Shown piece by piece: positions 1-9,389 of a stretch of 44,819 bases of DNA. Below the pieces are notes generated by a model. The model was not told the origin of the DNA. It made no database searches and saw only the letters and a list, made by a program, of their open reading frames with translations. A program made the position numbers and the translations under genes. This DNA is from Chthoniobacteraceae bacterium (GTDB lineage: Bacteria; Verrucomicrobiota; Verrucomicrobiia; Chthoniobacterales; Chthoniobacteraceae). The number at the start of each line of letters is the position of its first letter. The first letter of the stretch is position 1. The stretch is taken from NCBI GenBank assembly GCA_040081625.1, contig JBEBGD010000037.1, forward strand, positions 1-44,819, given 5' to 3'.

Positions 1-32
1 GGGATGCGGCGGGTGGCCCGCCGGGCGGGGCC

Positions 33-926
33 TCAGACCGGGGTGAGGTCGTCGTCGGAGATGCCGAAGCCGCCGTCGGCGTCGGTGATCTTGAGGTGAT
101 GCATGCCGGTGGTGCCGGCGGGGGCGCCCCCGAGGAGCAGGCGGGTGGGCGTGGAATCGAGCACGGTGAGGGCGATGGGGTTGCCGCCGTTTGCATCCAC
201 CAGCGCGGCGGTCGGCCAGGGTGCATCGGCCCGGCGGTCGCGGAAGTGGAGGCCGTTGACTTCGGTGGCTTGGGCGGTGCCGACGCCATAGCGATTGGGC
301 GCATTGCCGGGCCGCCCGCGCACGCTGGCTATCTCCGGCGCATTCATGCCCACTTCACCGGTCTTTTCCAGCGGGCAATCCACGCGCATCTTGTCTATCT
401 CATCGGGGTGGATGACGATCGAATAGTTAAGCGTGTCGCAGACTTCGCCATTGTCCGGGTCGGGCCCGCTGTAGCGACCGCCGCTGGAGGGCAGCATGCG
501 GAAGCGCTTGAGGATGAAATCGACGGGGATGCCCTGCCGCGCGAGCTCGACATGGAGGGCGGCTTGCTCGGTGACGAGTTTTTCCACCTGCGCGCGGGTG
601 AGCTGCGCACGGGTGGCGAGGGTGTCGAGATAGGTGCCCTCGGGCATGGCTGGTCGCAGGACGGGCCGGGAGGTGAAGAGCTCGTGGATGAGGGCGATGA
701 GGTAACGGAACGGTTGCATGTTTGGTGGTAGGTTCAGGCTTTCGACGGAAATGGTGGGGCGGCGGCGGCGCGGCTCAGGCGGCACATAGCCGAAGTCGCC
801 CGGCTGGAGCTCGACATAGCCTTCGTCGCCCGGCTCGAGCAGATAGCTGGCGGGACTGCCCCAGCGTAAATTCTTGTTGCCATAGACACACCGCGGATCC
901 TTGTCGCCCCAGCGTAGGTATTTCAT
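33..926 (-). CDS. Hypothetical protein: Trp-containing N-terminal extension + HU-like DNA-binding domain + C-terminal Ig-like (DUF4469-like) domain; alternative start at 719
   Basis: ORF with host-like codon usage from ATG 926 (MKYLRWG) or ATG 719 (MQPFRY). The segment LDTLATRAQLTRAQVEKLV...LARQGIPV...FRMLPSSGGRYSGPD resembles HU-type folds. APEIASV...TEVNGLHF...STPTRLLL resembles the Ig-like DUF4469 pattern. Recognition by eye only. Confidence 0.55.
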   Translation of the reverse strand: MKYLRWGDKDPRCVYGNKNLRWGSPASYLLEPGDEGYVELQPGDFGYVPPEPRRRRPTISVESLNLPPNMQPFRYLIALIHELFTSRPVLRPAMPEGTYLDTLATRAQLTRAQVEKLVTEQAALHVELARQGIPVDFILKRFRMLPSSGGRYSGPDPDNGEVCDTLNYSIVIHPDEIDKMRVDCPLEKTGEVGMNAPEIASVRGRPGNAPNRYGVGTAQATEVNGLHFRDRRADAPWPTAALVDANGGNPIALTVLDSTPTRLLLGGAPAGTTGMHHLKITDADGGFGISDDDLTPV

Positions 927-1150
927 GCGCGTGCATGGACGGCGGGGGTCGTGAGGGTGCGCGCGGCGGCTCCGCCCGGCGTGGGCGGCGTTCCTGCGCA
1001 ATGAACTCGGAGTGCAGTTCTCATCAGGCGAACGAGCGGGTTTTTAGCCCCGCCGGGGCGGGTGGCAAGGAAATCTTTACGTGCTCGCGGAGGGGATTTC
1101 GTGCCGGTGCTCGACAAGGCGCGTTCCTCTGTCCAAGATGCACGGTCGTC

Positions 1151-2329
1151 ATGCCCAAACCCGTCGTCGCCAGCTACTGCACCACCTTCCTCAAGCCGGA
1201 GATGCGCCACATCTACCGGCAGGTGACGGGGCTGCAACGATGGGAGACTTACGTGATGGCCCGCGAGGTGATGTTCGCGGATCGCTTCCCTTTCCCCGCG
1301 GAGCGGATCGAGGTGCTGCCGCGGGCGCGCAAGAACTTCATCAAGCGGTTCTGGCTCAAGTATGTGATGCGCAAGGCGCCGGTGTATTACCGCGGGGAGC
1401 TGCAGGTGCTCACGAAGGTGTTCAAGCGCCGGCCGGCCGATCTGATGCACGCGTATTTCGGCCACACGGGGGTGCATCTGCTGCCTTTCATCGAGGTGTG
1501 GGACAAGCCGGTGGTGGTGAGCTTTCATGGCATGGATATCCAGCCGCGGCCCGAGCAGGATGGCTATGATGACCAGATGCGGGCGCTGCTGCAGCGGGTG
1601 CCGCTGGTGATGGCGCGGTCGCGCTCGCTATTCGCGGCGCTGGAGGCGTGGGGTTGTCCGCCGGGGAAGCTGCGGCTCAATCGCACGGGGATCCCGCTGG
1701 ATGATTTTCCCTTCGTGCAGCGGCCGTTGCCGGCGGATGGGGCGTGGAAGTTCGTGCAGGCGTGCCGCTTGATAGCCAAGAAGGGGCTCGGCACGGCGAT
1801 GCGGGCGTTTGCGAAGTTTCATGCGGAGAACCCCAAGTCGAAGTTCATCGTGGCCGGCGATGGGCCGCTGAAGGGGAAGCTGGAGGAGTTTGCGGTGGAG
1901 TTGGGCGTGCGGGAGGCGGTGGAGTTCCGCGGCTTCCTCTCGACTCATGCGCTCGCGCAGCTCTTCGCGAACGCGCATGTCTTTCTCCACCCGAGCGAGG
2001 TGACGGAGGATCAGAACCAGGAGGGCGTGCCGAACTCGATGCTCGAGGCGATGGCCACGGGGCTGCCGGTGCTGGCGACCCATCACGGCGGCATCCCCGA
2101 GGCGGTGACCCATGAGAGCCACGGCCTGCTCGTGCCGGAGCGCGACGTGGACGCGCTGCACGCGGCGATGGTGCAGCTGACGTCGGATGTGGAGCTATGC
2201 TATGTGCGGGGTCTTGCGGCGTCGAAGCGGGTGCGGGAGGAGTTCGAGATGGGCAAGTCGATCGAGCGGCTGGAGGAGATCTATGATGAGGCGGTGGAAC
2301 GAAAGGAGGCTGTGATCAGTGATCAGTGA
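1151..2329 (+). CDS. Glycosyltransferase family 4 (WcaL-like)
   Basis: HAYFG, VSFHGMD, CRLIAKKG and EGVPNSMLEAMATGLPVLATHHGGIPE are GT-B/GT4 motifs. Start set at ATG 1151. Confidence 0.92.
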   Translation: MPKPVVASYCTTFLKPEMRHIYRQVTGLQRWETYVMAREVMFADRFPFPAERIEVLPRARKNFIKRFWLKYVMRKAPVYYRGELQVLTKVFKRRPADLMHAYFGHTGVHLLPFIEVWDKPVVVSFHGMDIQPRPEQDGYDDQMRALLQRVPLVMARSRSLFAALEAWGCPPGKLRLNRTGIPLDDFPFVQRPLPADGAWKFVQACRLIAKKGLGTAMRAFAKFHAENPKSKFIVAGDGPLKGKLEEFAVELGVREAVEFRGFLSTHALAQLFANAHVFLHPSEVTEDQNQEGVPNSMLEAMATGLPVLATHHGGIPEAVTHESHGLLVPERDVDALHAAMVQLTSDVELCYVRGLAASKRVREEFEMGKSIERLEEIYDEAVERKEAVISDQ

Positions 2330-2392
2330 TCGGTAATCGGTGGGCGCGCTCGCCGCGAAGTCACCGATCACTGTTCACTGTTCACCGATCAC
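2312..2392. repeat. Inverted heptamer-repeat hairpin (GTGATCA)n ... (TGWTCAC)n
   Basis: gtgatca gtgatca gtgatcg gtaatcg gtg, then a ~19-nt loop, then cac cgatcac tgttcac tgttcac cgatcac. It contains the stop codon of the upstream gene. Confidence 0.85.
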
Positions 2393-2398
2393 CATCCC

Positions 2399-3610
2399 AT
2401 GCCTGCCACCTTCGCTTACCTCTTCGAGCGGTTCCCGAGCTTCGTGCAGACCTTCGTCTATCGCGAGGCGGCGGAGATGGTGCGGCAGGGGGCGGAGCCG
2501 TGGCTGGTGAGCATCCGCCGGCCCGATGATGAGCTGAGCGAGCCGCTCGACGCGCCCGTCTTCTACCTGCCAGAGGAGAAGGCGCTGCGCGATGAGGTGG
2601 ATGCACGGCGGGCGGCGCGCAAGGTGCCGTGGCGCGCGCGGCGGGCGATCCCGCGGCATCGCAACGAGGCGGACTCGCAGCGGATGTTCGAGGCGATCTG
2701 GCTGGAGCCGGAGCTGAAGGCGCGCGGGGTGCGGCATGTGCATGCGCACTTCGGCGGGATGGCGGCGCGCACGGCGTGGTGGCTGCGGAAGCTGTTCGGC
2801 TTCACGTATAGCTATACGGGGCACGCGAATGATATCTTCTGCGAGACGGAGTATCCGGTGTCGAACGCGGAGCTGGCGCGGCGGGCGCGGTTCGTCGTGA
2901 CGGAGACGGACTATGCGCGGGGCTGGATGGAGAGGCGGCATCCATTTGCGAAGGGGAAGGTGTTCCGCGTGTTCAATGGGATCGAGCCGGCCGGCTTCCC
3001 ACCGCGCGAGGCGGAGAGCGAGGTGCCGAGGATCGTGAGCGTCGGGCGGTATGTGGAGAAGAAGGGCTTCGATGTGCTGATCGAGGCGTGCGCGAAGCTG
3101 CGGCGGCGCGGGGTCGCGTTCACGTGCGAGATCATCGGCGGCGGGCCGATGCACGAGGCGCTGGCGAGGATGATCGAGCTGCGTGAGCTGGAGGATTTCG
3201 TGACGCTGGTGGGGCCGCGGACGCAGCCGGAGGTGCGGCGGGCGCTGGCGGGGGCGCAGCTTTTCGTGCTGGCGTGCCGGCAGGATAGCGAGGGCGGAAG
3301 CGACAATCTGCCGACGGTGATCGCCGAGGCGATGTTCGCGGGCGTGCCGTGCATCTCGACGAAGATCGCCGGCGTGCCGGAGATGATCGCCGACGGGAGG
3401 ACGGGCGTGCTCGTGCCGGCGCGCGATGCCTTCTCGCTGGCGGCGGCGATGGAGCGGCTGCTCGGCGACCGACTGCTCGCGGCGAAGCTCGGCGCGAACG
3501 GGCGGGACTTCGCGCGGGAGCGCTTCACGATCGAGCGGTCGGTGGCGGAGTTGCGGCGGCTGCTGCGGGAACGGGCGGGAGTGGGGCGGCGCGGCTGGTG
3601 GCCGTGGTGA
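2399..3610 (+). CDS. Glycosyltransferase family 4 (WcaL-like)
   Basis: FPSFVQTFVYRE, HVHAHFG, TGHANDIF, VGRYVEKKG and DNLPTVIAEAM...GVPEMI motifs. Confidence 0.92.
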   Translation: MPATFAYLFERFPSFVQTFVYREAAEMVRQGAEPWLVSIRRPDDELSEPLDAPVFYLPEEKALRDEVDARRAARKVPWRARRAIPRHRNEADSQRMFEAIWLEPELKARGVRHVHAHFGGMAARTAWWLRKLFGFTYSYTGHANDIFCETEYPVSNAELARRARFVVTETDYARGWMERRHPFAKGKVFRVFNGIEPAGFPPREAESEVPRIVSVGRYVEKKGFDVLIEACAKLRRRGVAFTCEIIGGGPMHEALARMIELRELEDFVTLVGPRTQPEVRRALAGAQLFVLACRQDSEGGSDNLPTVIAEAMFAGVPCISTKIAGVPEMIADGRTGVLVPARDAFSLAAAMERLLGDRLLAAKLGANGRDFARERFTIERSVAELRRLLRERAGVGRRGWWPW

Positions 3611-3668
3611 GCGCGGTTGACTTTGCGCTGTTTGCCGGCACGCTGCGCGCTTACCACACCGACCCACT

Positions 3669-4727
3669 GTGACGACGCGCATCCTTTCCCTCGCCCTCCT
3701 TTTCTCCCTCACCGGAATCGGCCACGCTGCCGACGCCTACAAATGGTCGGTGCAATACATCATCGACACCAGCCAGTCGGTGCTCGGTCAGGATCAGGGC
3801 AAGTTCCCGAGGCGCAATCGCGGCCTCGCGCTCTCGCCCGATGGGCAGTTCCTCTACGCGGGCTACATCCAGGGGGAGAATGGCCAGGGCCAGGTGCGCA
3901 AGATCGCCGTCGATGAGCCCGACTACGAATTCGCCACCGTCAACATCCTCTCAGGGCCCACGGCGAAGGCGCTCGCGACCGACGACAAGGGGCGCGTCTA
4001 TATCACCGACGCGCACGGCGTCTTCATCTACGACGCGAACCTCGAGGAGCAGCAGCACCGGATCGTGACGGGGAATTGCGAAGGACTGGCGGCAGTGCGC
4101 GAAGGCGGCAAGCTCGTGCTCTTCACCAGCGACCGCGCGCGGCGCTCGATCACGCGCTGGGCGCTCACGGAGGACGACGATCGCGTGATCGACGCGGAGC
4201 CGGCGGGGTTCGATGGCACCGGGGTTTTCCGCGTGCCCGGCGCCTACAGTCTGCGCGGGCTGAAAGTCGATGCGGCCGGCAATATCTGGGTGTGCGACTT
4301 CGATGCGAACAAGGTCTTCCGCATCCGCAAGGACGCGAAGGATGTCGCCTCCGTGGAAGTGCGCACACCGGTGGACCTGGCCTTTGATGGCAAGCGCGTA
4401 TTCGTCACACGCGGCCCGGAGCGCATCATCACCGTGCTGGACCAGGATCTGGTCGTCGCCGGCAGCCTCAATGTGCCGTGGGAAGAACTCGAACTCTCGC
4501 TCTGGGGCAACAACCGCAATGGCGCGCTGTGCGGCATCGTGGCGGTGCCGGGCAAAGGCTTCTACGTGGCCAATGAAGGCGGCCAGACGGTGAACCAGAA
4601 ATCGACCTACGGGAAGGCCGACGACTTCGCGGAGATCCTCGGGGAGAAAGTCTTCCGGGACTCACAGAACGACGACAACGAGCCGATCCTCAAGGCGACC
4701 GCGGTCGTGACGACCGCGTCGAAGTAG
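3669..4727 (+). CDS. Exported NHL/SMP-30-like beta-propeller protein
   Basis: Signal peptide (ILSLALLFSLTGIGHA) and repeated blades (GLALSPDG, ALATDDKGRVYITD, GLKVDAAGNIWVCD). GTG start. Confidence 0.75.
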   Translation: MTTRILSLALLFSLTGIGHAADAYKWSVQYIIDTSQSVLGQDQGKFPRRNRGLALSPDGQFLYAGYIQGENGQGQVRKIAVDEPDYEFATVNILSGPTAKALATDDKGRVYITDAHGVFIYDANLEEQQHRIVTGNCEGLAAVREGGKLVLFTSDRARRSITRWALTEDDDRVIDAEPAGFDGTGVFRVPGAYSLRGLKVDAAGNIWVCDFDANKVFRIRKDAKDVASVEVRTPVDLAFDGKRVFVTRGPERIITVLDQDLVVAGSLNVPWEELELSLWGNNRNGALCGIVAVPGKGFYVANEGGQTVNQKSTYGKADDFAEILGEKVFRDSQNDDNEPILKATAVVTTASK

Positions 4728-4731
4728 TCGC

Positions 4732-5094
4732 CTAGGGCTCGACCGGAGGCGGCAACTCGGGGCCTTCCTCGGTGAGCGCCTTGGTGAGCGCTTCCTGGAA
4801 CATGAGGAAGCGCTTGGTCACAAAAAGCGGGTCGCTCTGCTCACGCGTGTCGAGGAAACGTTCCATGAACTCCTCGATGCCGAGATCCTCGTAATCCTCG
4901 GCCGGGAGCTTCCACAGTTCGTCGTTGAAGGCGACCTTGTGCGTGGACTCGAAGCAGCAGAGCGCCAGTTCGAAATCCACGTCGTCGAACTCCTCGCAAT
5001 ACAACTCACCGATCTGCGTCGTGGCGTCGCATTGCAAAAGGTCGTCGCTAATGAAATGGAGAATCGCGATGAACGAATCGACGTAGTAGCTCAC
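4732..5094 (-). CDS. Acidic hypothetical protein
   Basis: Host-like codon usage from GTG 5094 (VSYYVDSF). Very D/E-rich. The start could extend to 5142. Confidence 0.7.
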   Translation of the reverse strand: MSYYVDSFIAILHFISDDLLQCDATTQIGELYCEEFDDVDFELALCCFESTHKVAFNDELWKLPAEDYEDLGIEEFMERFLDTREQSDPLFVTKRFLMFQEALTKALTEEGPELPPPVEP

Positions 5095-5144
5095 GGGTCG
5101 GGCGCGGGTTTGGAAAAGGGTCGCAGGCAGGCGTGACGCCACGC

Positions 5145-5672
5145 CTACTTCTTCGCCGCCGTGATGAATTCGCTGAACGCCGCCGTGGCGTCCTTGACCA
5201 CGCTTTCAGGCCCCGTGCATTTCACGAACACGCTGCCGCCTTCCGCGTCCTCGATGATCGCGCCGAGGAGCGAGTAACCGGACATTGGCGTCTTCGGTCC
5301 CATCGGCATCCCGCTTTGGTAGGTGCCCGTGAGCGTGACGAACGTGACCTTCGTGCCCGCGCCATCTTTCGTCTCGATCTTCTCCGGCGCGGTCTTCTCG
5401 GAAAACTGCGCGACCCAGCGCTGCACATTGGCCTGCGTGTCGCCGCCCTGCCCGGCTCCGAAGTGATAGAAGATGATCTCCGCCGGTTTCGCGCCGTCCT
5501 TGCCGGGGATGTTCAGCACGGCCTTGCGCATCGCCTTCATGGCCTCGGGCACTTCGACCCATTCCCATGCGGATGGGCGGGAGAACTTGAAGTTGCCGAC
5601 CGCAAAGGTCGATGGGGCGTCCGCGCGCGCGATCACGGCGAGCAGGGTCAAGGCGAGAAGGGTTTGTTTCAT
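5145..5672 (-). CDS. Exported hypothetical protein (PVC-type, FGAGQGG..ANVQRW..QF motif)
   Basis: Signal peptide MKQTLLALTLLAVIARA, clean codon usage. Confidence 0.8.
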   Translation of the reverse strand: MKQTLLALTLLAVIARADAPSTFAVGNFKFSRPSAWEWVEVPEAMKAMRKAVLNIPGKDGAKPAEIIFYHFGAGQGGDTQANVQRWVAQFSEKTAPEKIETKDGAGTKVTFVTLTGTYQSGMPMGPKTPMSGYSLLGAIIEDAEGGSVFVKCTGPESVVKDATAAFSEFITAAKK

Positions 5673-5750
5673 GCGGACGCGCAGTAGAGCGCAGGAGCGC
5701 CGTCGCGCAAGGACGGCACTTTCCCGACAAAGATCGACCCCAGCCCTGGC

Positions 5751-5918
5751 TCAGCGCGCGACCAGCACGATCTTCCCCGAAGCCGCTTTCTGCTGCGCCA
5801 TCGGCTGCTCCTCACGCGCCGTGCTCCGCCGCGCGAAATCCCAGGCGAGCACGCCAATGGCGATGGTGAACAGCGCCGCGTAGGCGGTAATGACGTGAGA
5901 TGTTTTGCCGAGCTTCAT
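5751..5918 (-). CDS. Small (55 aa) single-TM protein, absent from the ORF track
   Basis: ATG 5918 to TGA 5751 gives MKLGKTSHVITAYAALFTIAIGVLAWDFARRSTAREEQPMAQQKAASGKIVLVAR. An extended -10 lies 8 nt upstream. Confidence 0.7.
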   Translation of the reverse strand: MKLGKTSHVITAYAALFTIAIGVLAWDFARRSTAREEQPMAQQKAASGKIVLVAR

Positions 5919-5926
5919 GGCCGGCG

Positions 5927-5943
5927 ATTATAGCAGCTATAAT
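5927..5943 (-). promoter_or_regulatory. Palindrome ATTATAGC-A-GCTATAAT containing an extended -10 (TGCTATAAT on the minus strand)
   Basis: Perfect 8-1-8 inverted repeat with TATAAT on both strands. The minus-strand copy sits 8 nt before ATG 5918. Confidence 0.65.
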
Positions 5944-5971
5944 GCCGCGCCCGCCGGCTCTCAGCCCCAGC

Positions 5972-8900
5972 CTACAGCTTCGCCACAAACTCCACGAGGT
6001 CCCGCAGCTCCCGCTTCGTTAGCAAGTCGCCGAAGCCCGGCGGCATCCCGCTCGGTGCCACCTCGCGCGACTTGATCTCCGCCTTCTTCAGCGTCTCCGG
6101 CGTGGCCATCGGCGGCTGCAGTGTCAGCGTCACCGGCGTCTCAGCCTTCAGCACGCCCGCCTTGATGTCGCCGCTCGTCATCGTGCAAATCACCGAGTCG
6201 AACCCATGCGCGATCTTCGCATTCGGATCGACGATCGACTCGAGGATCGTGCGCCGGTCCGTGCGCGCGCCGAAGCCCGTGAGATCCGGCCCCGCCTCGC
6301 CGCCCGCACCCTTCACCTTGTGGCACCGGAAGCACTGTGCGATGGCGTGTTCGGTGAAGACCTTCTCACCCGCCTCCGCGTCGCCACCCGCGAGCGCGAA
6401 GTTGTAGCGACCGAGCTTGTCCGCCGCCGACTGCGCCTCGATCCACGCCGCGAGCGCGGCCTGCACGGCCTCGTGTTTGGCTGCCGCTTCGATCAATTCG
6501 AGATGCGCCTCCGCGGGGATCTTCCCCGCTTTCGCCTCCGCGATCAGCGAAGTGAGCGCCTCGTCCGCAGCCTTGCTCTTTAGCCCGCCGAGCGAGGTGA
6601 TGATCTGCTTCCGGTCCGCGAGGCTCGCGCCTCCGAACGCCGCGAACAACCGCTGCGCCGCCTGCTCCGCATCGAACGCGCCGAGCATCGCCGTCGCCGA
6701 CAGTCGCAGCCCGCTGTCCGCATCGCCCGCCGCGAGCCGCACCGCGTCGCCGAGCTTCGGATCGCCCAGCGCGGCGAGCGCCTTGAGCGCCTGCCCGCGC
6801 AGCTTCGCCGGCGCTTTCACATTGCTCACGAGTTCCAGCAGCGCCACGCCGCCGTCTTTCACTCCGATGGCGACCGCCGCATCGATCGCCCCGGTCACGA
6901 TCGCGGGCGCCTTCGGGTCGAGTAGAAGTGGAAGCGTGCGCGCCAGCGTCACGACCGCCGCCTTCGCATCGCGCGCCGGCAATGGCCGAAAGAGCCCCGT
7001 CACGCGATCCCTCGCCGGCGGCTTTGCCCACATGCCGAGCAATGTCACCGCCTCGATCCTCAGCGCCTGCGGTTGCGCCGCGTCCGCCGCGAAGCCCGCG
7101 AGTCCCGGCGCGTCACCCGAACGAAACGCGGCATCGAGCACGCGAAGCATGAGATTGTTGTCCGCGACCGGCTTCGCGATCAGCTTCGCCAGCGCCGGCA
7201 TCGCCGGCTCGATCCCGGCATCCACGATCGCCCGCGCCGCTTCCTTCACGATCGACGGCTCGGCATCCGCGAGGAACTGCGCGACCTGCGCATCTCCGAG
7301 CCGGCGCAGCGCGAGCAGCGCGGCGAGGCGGACCGGCGGCGAAGTGTGCGCGCCCAATTTTCCCAGCGTCTCCGGCTTCGCGCACGCCACAAACACATTC
7401 ACCAACGCATGGCGGAGAAACTGATCCGCGCCGCCATTCGCCGCGAGCAGCGCGACGACCGGCTCGACAGCCTTTTCCGATCCGACCCGCGCGAGGCTCT
7501 GCGCCGCAAAAAACCGCACCCGCGCCGATGAATCCGCGAGCGCCTTGATCAACGCCTCGGCCACCACCGCCTCACCGCCCATCGTCCGTTCGCCGAGCAC
7601 ATTCGCAGCCTGCGCGCGCACCTCCGCGTCCGCATCGCCGATCAGCGCCAGGAACGCGCTGCCCGCCGCACCCTTGCCCAGCCGCGACGCGTGCCCGATC
7701 CCCCACACCGCGTGCAGCCGCGCCAGCCCCGCTCCCGATTTCGCCACAGCCATGAATTGTTCCACCGCATCCGCCTTCTCCGCCAGCGCCCACTGCGCCC
7801 GCAGCCGCACGCGCTGATCCGCGTGCCCGAGCAGCTTCGCCAGCTCCGCGCTCGTGCGCTGCTTGAAACCCGCGCCGAGCAGCTTCTTCACCTCCGCGAT
7901 CTGCGCAGCCTGCGCCTTCTCCACCTCGGCATTCGTGAGCTTGAAAATACGTCCATTCCCCTTGCCCTCCCAGCCTTCGCCCCACTCGGTGAAATACATC
8001 TTCGAGTCCGGCCCGAAGGTCACATCGGTCGCCTGCACGTGATCCAGAAACATCGCCGGCTCCTGCACCACCGCGAAGCCCGCGCCTTCCTCCCGCACCT
8101 TCCACCACGAGATCGCCGACTTCGCGCTCGACCCCTTGAACCCGCACACAAAAAACGCACCCGCAAACTCCGCCGGCAATCCCGTGCCCGGATAATACAC
8201 GACGCCACTCGGCCCATCCGGGATGTTCATGATCGGCGAGAGCACCCATGCCGGCGTGTCCGCGCCACGCGGTTCCCACAGCTTTTCCGTCAGCCACATG
8301 TTGTTCACCTTGCCCAGCGGCGGATGCTGCCACCCCACGCGCCAGCCGGAGTCTCCGCCCTCGACCAGATACACCCAGCGCTCGCGATCACCCTGATCGC
8401 AGTCGTTATCGCCGGTGAAAAGATTGCCGTGATTGTCGAACGCCAGCTCCTGCGGATTGCGCAGCCCGCGATAGAACACCTCCATGTTCGACCCGTCCGC
8501 CTCGCAGCGGAACACCGCGCCTTCATCGGGAAAAGCGAGCGTCTTCCCCTCCTTCGTCACCACATGCGCGCCGCGATCGCCGAACGAAAAATACAGCCGC
8601 CCGTCCGGTCCCATCGCCAGCCCGTGCATATCATGTCCCGTGAAGCTGAACCGCACGCCGTAGCCGAAGCTGAGCGAGTCGCGCTTCTCCGCCTTGCCGT
8701 CCGCAGTCGTGCCGCTGAAGCGCCACAGGTTCGGCAGATTCGTGCACCACACATCGTCATCCAGCGCGAGCACGCCGGAGTTGATCCCGTCGAGCATCGT
8801 ATTCATCCCACCCGCGTAGGTGCTGGAAAAATCAGCCTTCCCGTCCCCATCGCGATCCTCGACCAGCCGCACCTCCTCCGTCTCGATCTCGAGCTGCTGC

Positions 8901-9301
8901 CAGTCCTTCGGGAAATTGCGCTTCGTCAGCGCGATCCGGTCGTCCGTGCTTCGCGACGCCATGTCGTCCTCGAGCATGAACATGTAGTGCCGGATATCGA
9001 GCACGCTCGTGCGGTAGCGAAACGTCTCAGCCACAAATGCGCGCCCCTTCCCGTCGATGTCGAACGCCACCGGATTCCCGAGCATCGGCTCCGCCGCCCA
9101 CAGCTCCGCCTTGAATCCCGGCAGCGGCACGAACCTCGCCAACTGTTTCTGCGGGTCGTCGCTCGCCGGCTGGCGCACCGGCTCCGGCACGCGGATCGCC
9201 GGCTTCAGCGCACCGGTCGTCGCGCCACCGGCGGCGATTTCCGCGGCAATCATCGGCACGGCAGCAGCGGCGAAAGCGAAGAAGCGAAAAATCATCGGCA
9301 T
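5972..9301 (-). CDS. PVC-type heme-binding CxxCH protein (glucose/sorbosone dehydrogenase-like propeller + HEAT repeats + cytochrome c)
   Basis: LWAAEPMLGNPVAF, EDRDGDGKAD, GLRNPQELAFD, HEAT repeats, C-terminal CFRCH...GPDLT...SGMP. Confidence 0.9.
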   Translation of the reverse strand: MPMIFRFFAFAAAAVPMIAAEIAAGGATTGALKPAIRVPEPVRQPASDDPQKQLARFVPLPGFKAELWAAEPMLGNPVAFDIDGKGRAFVAETFRYRTSVLDIRHYMFMLEDDMASRSTDDRIALTKRNFPKDWQQLEIETEEVRLVEDRDGDGKADFSSTYAGGMNTMLDGINSGVLALDDDVWCTNLPNLWRFSGTTADGKAEKRDSLSFGYGVRFSFTGHDMHGLAMGPDGRLYFSFGDRGAHVVTKEGKTLAFPDEGAVFRCEADGSNMEVFYRGLRNPQELAFDNHGNLFTGDNDCDQGDRERWVYLVEGGDSGWRVGWQHPPLGKVNNMWLTEKLWEPRGADTPAWVLSPIMNIPDGPSGVVYYPGTGLPAEFAGAFFVCGFKGSSAKSAISWWKVREEGAGFAVVQEPAMFLDHVQATDVTFGPDSKMYFTEWGEGWEGKGNGRIFKLTNAEVEKAQAAQIAEVKKLLGAGFKQRTSAELAKLLGHADQRVRLRAQWALAEKADAVEQFMAVAKSGAGLARLHAVWGIGHASRLGKGAAGSAFLALIGDADAEVRAQAANVLGERTMGGEAVVAEALIKALADSSARVRFFAAQSLARVGSEKAVEPVVALLAANGGADQFLRHALVNVFVACAKPETLGKLGAHTSPPVRLAALLALRRLGDAQVAQFLADAEPSIVKEAARAIVDAGIEPAMPALAKLIAKPVADNNLMLRVLDAAFRSGDAPGLAGFAADAAQPQALRIEAVTLLGMWAKPPARDRVTGLFRPLPARDAKAAVVTLARTLPLLLDPKAPAIVTGAIDAAVAIGVKDGGVALLELVSNVKAPAKLRGQALKALAALGDPKLGDAVRLAAGDADSGLRLSATAMLGAFDAEQAAQRLFAAFGGASLADRKQIITSLGGLKSKAADEALTSLIAEAKAGKIPAEAHLELIEAAAKHEAVQAALAAWIEAQSAADKLGRYNFALAGGDAEAGEKVFTEHAIAQCFRCHKVKGAGGEAGPDLTGFGARTDRRTILESIVDPNAKIAHGFDSVICTMTSGDIKAGVLKAETPVTLTLQPPMATPETLKKAEIKSREVAPSGMPPGFGDLLTKRELRDLVEFVAKL

Positions 9302-9389
9302 AGGGACGCGCAGAGTAGCGGAGACACACACCCGCGCAAGACACGCGCAGCCGCAGATTCGCCGCATGAGCCACCGACCCCGCCCCGCC

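Noticed and set aside
1000..1025. GAACT-N8-AGTTC dyad upstream of the HU-like gene as a LexA/SOS box
   Set aside because: Spacing and orientation do not match LexA boxes I know, and it is a single short instance.
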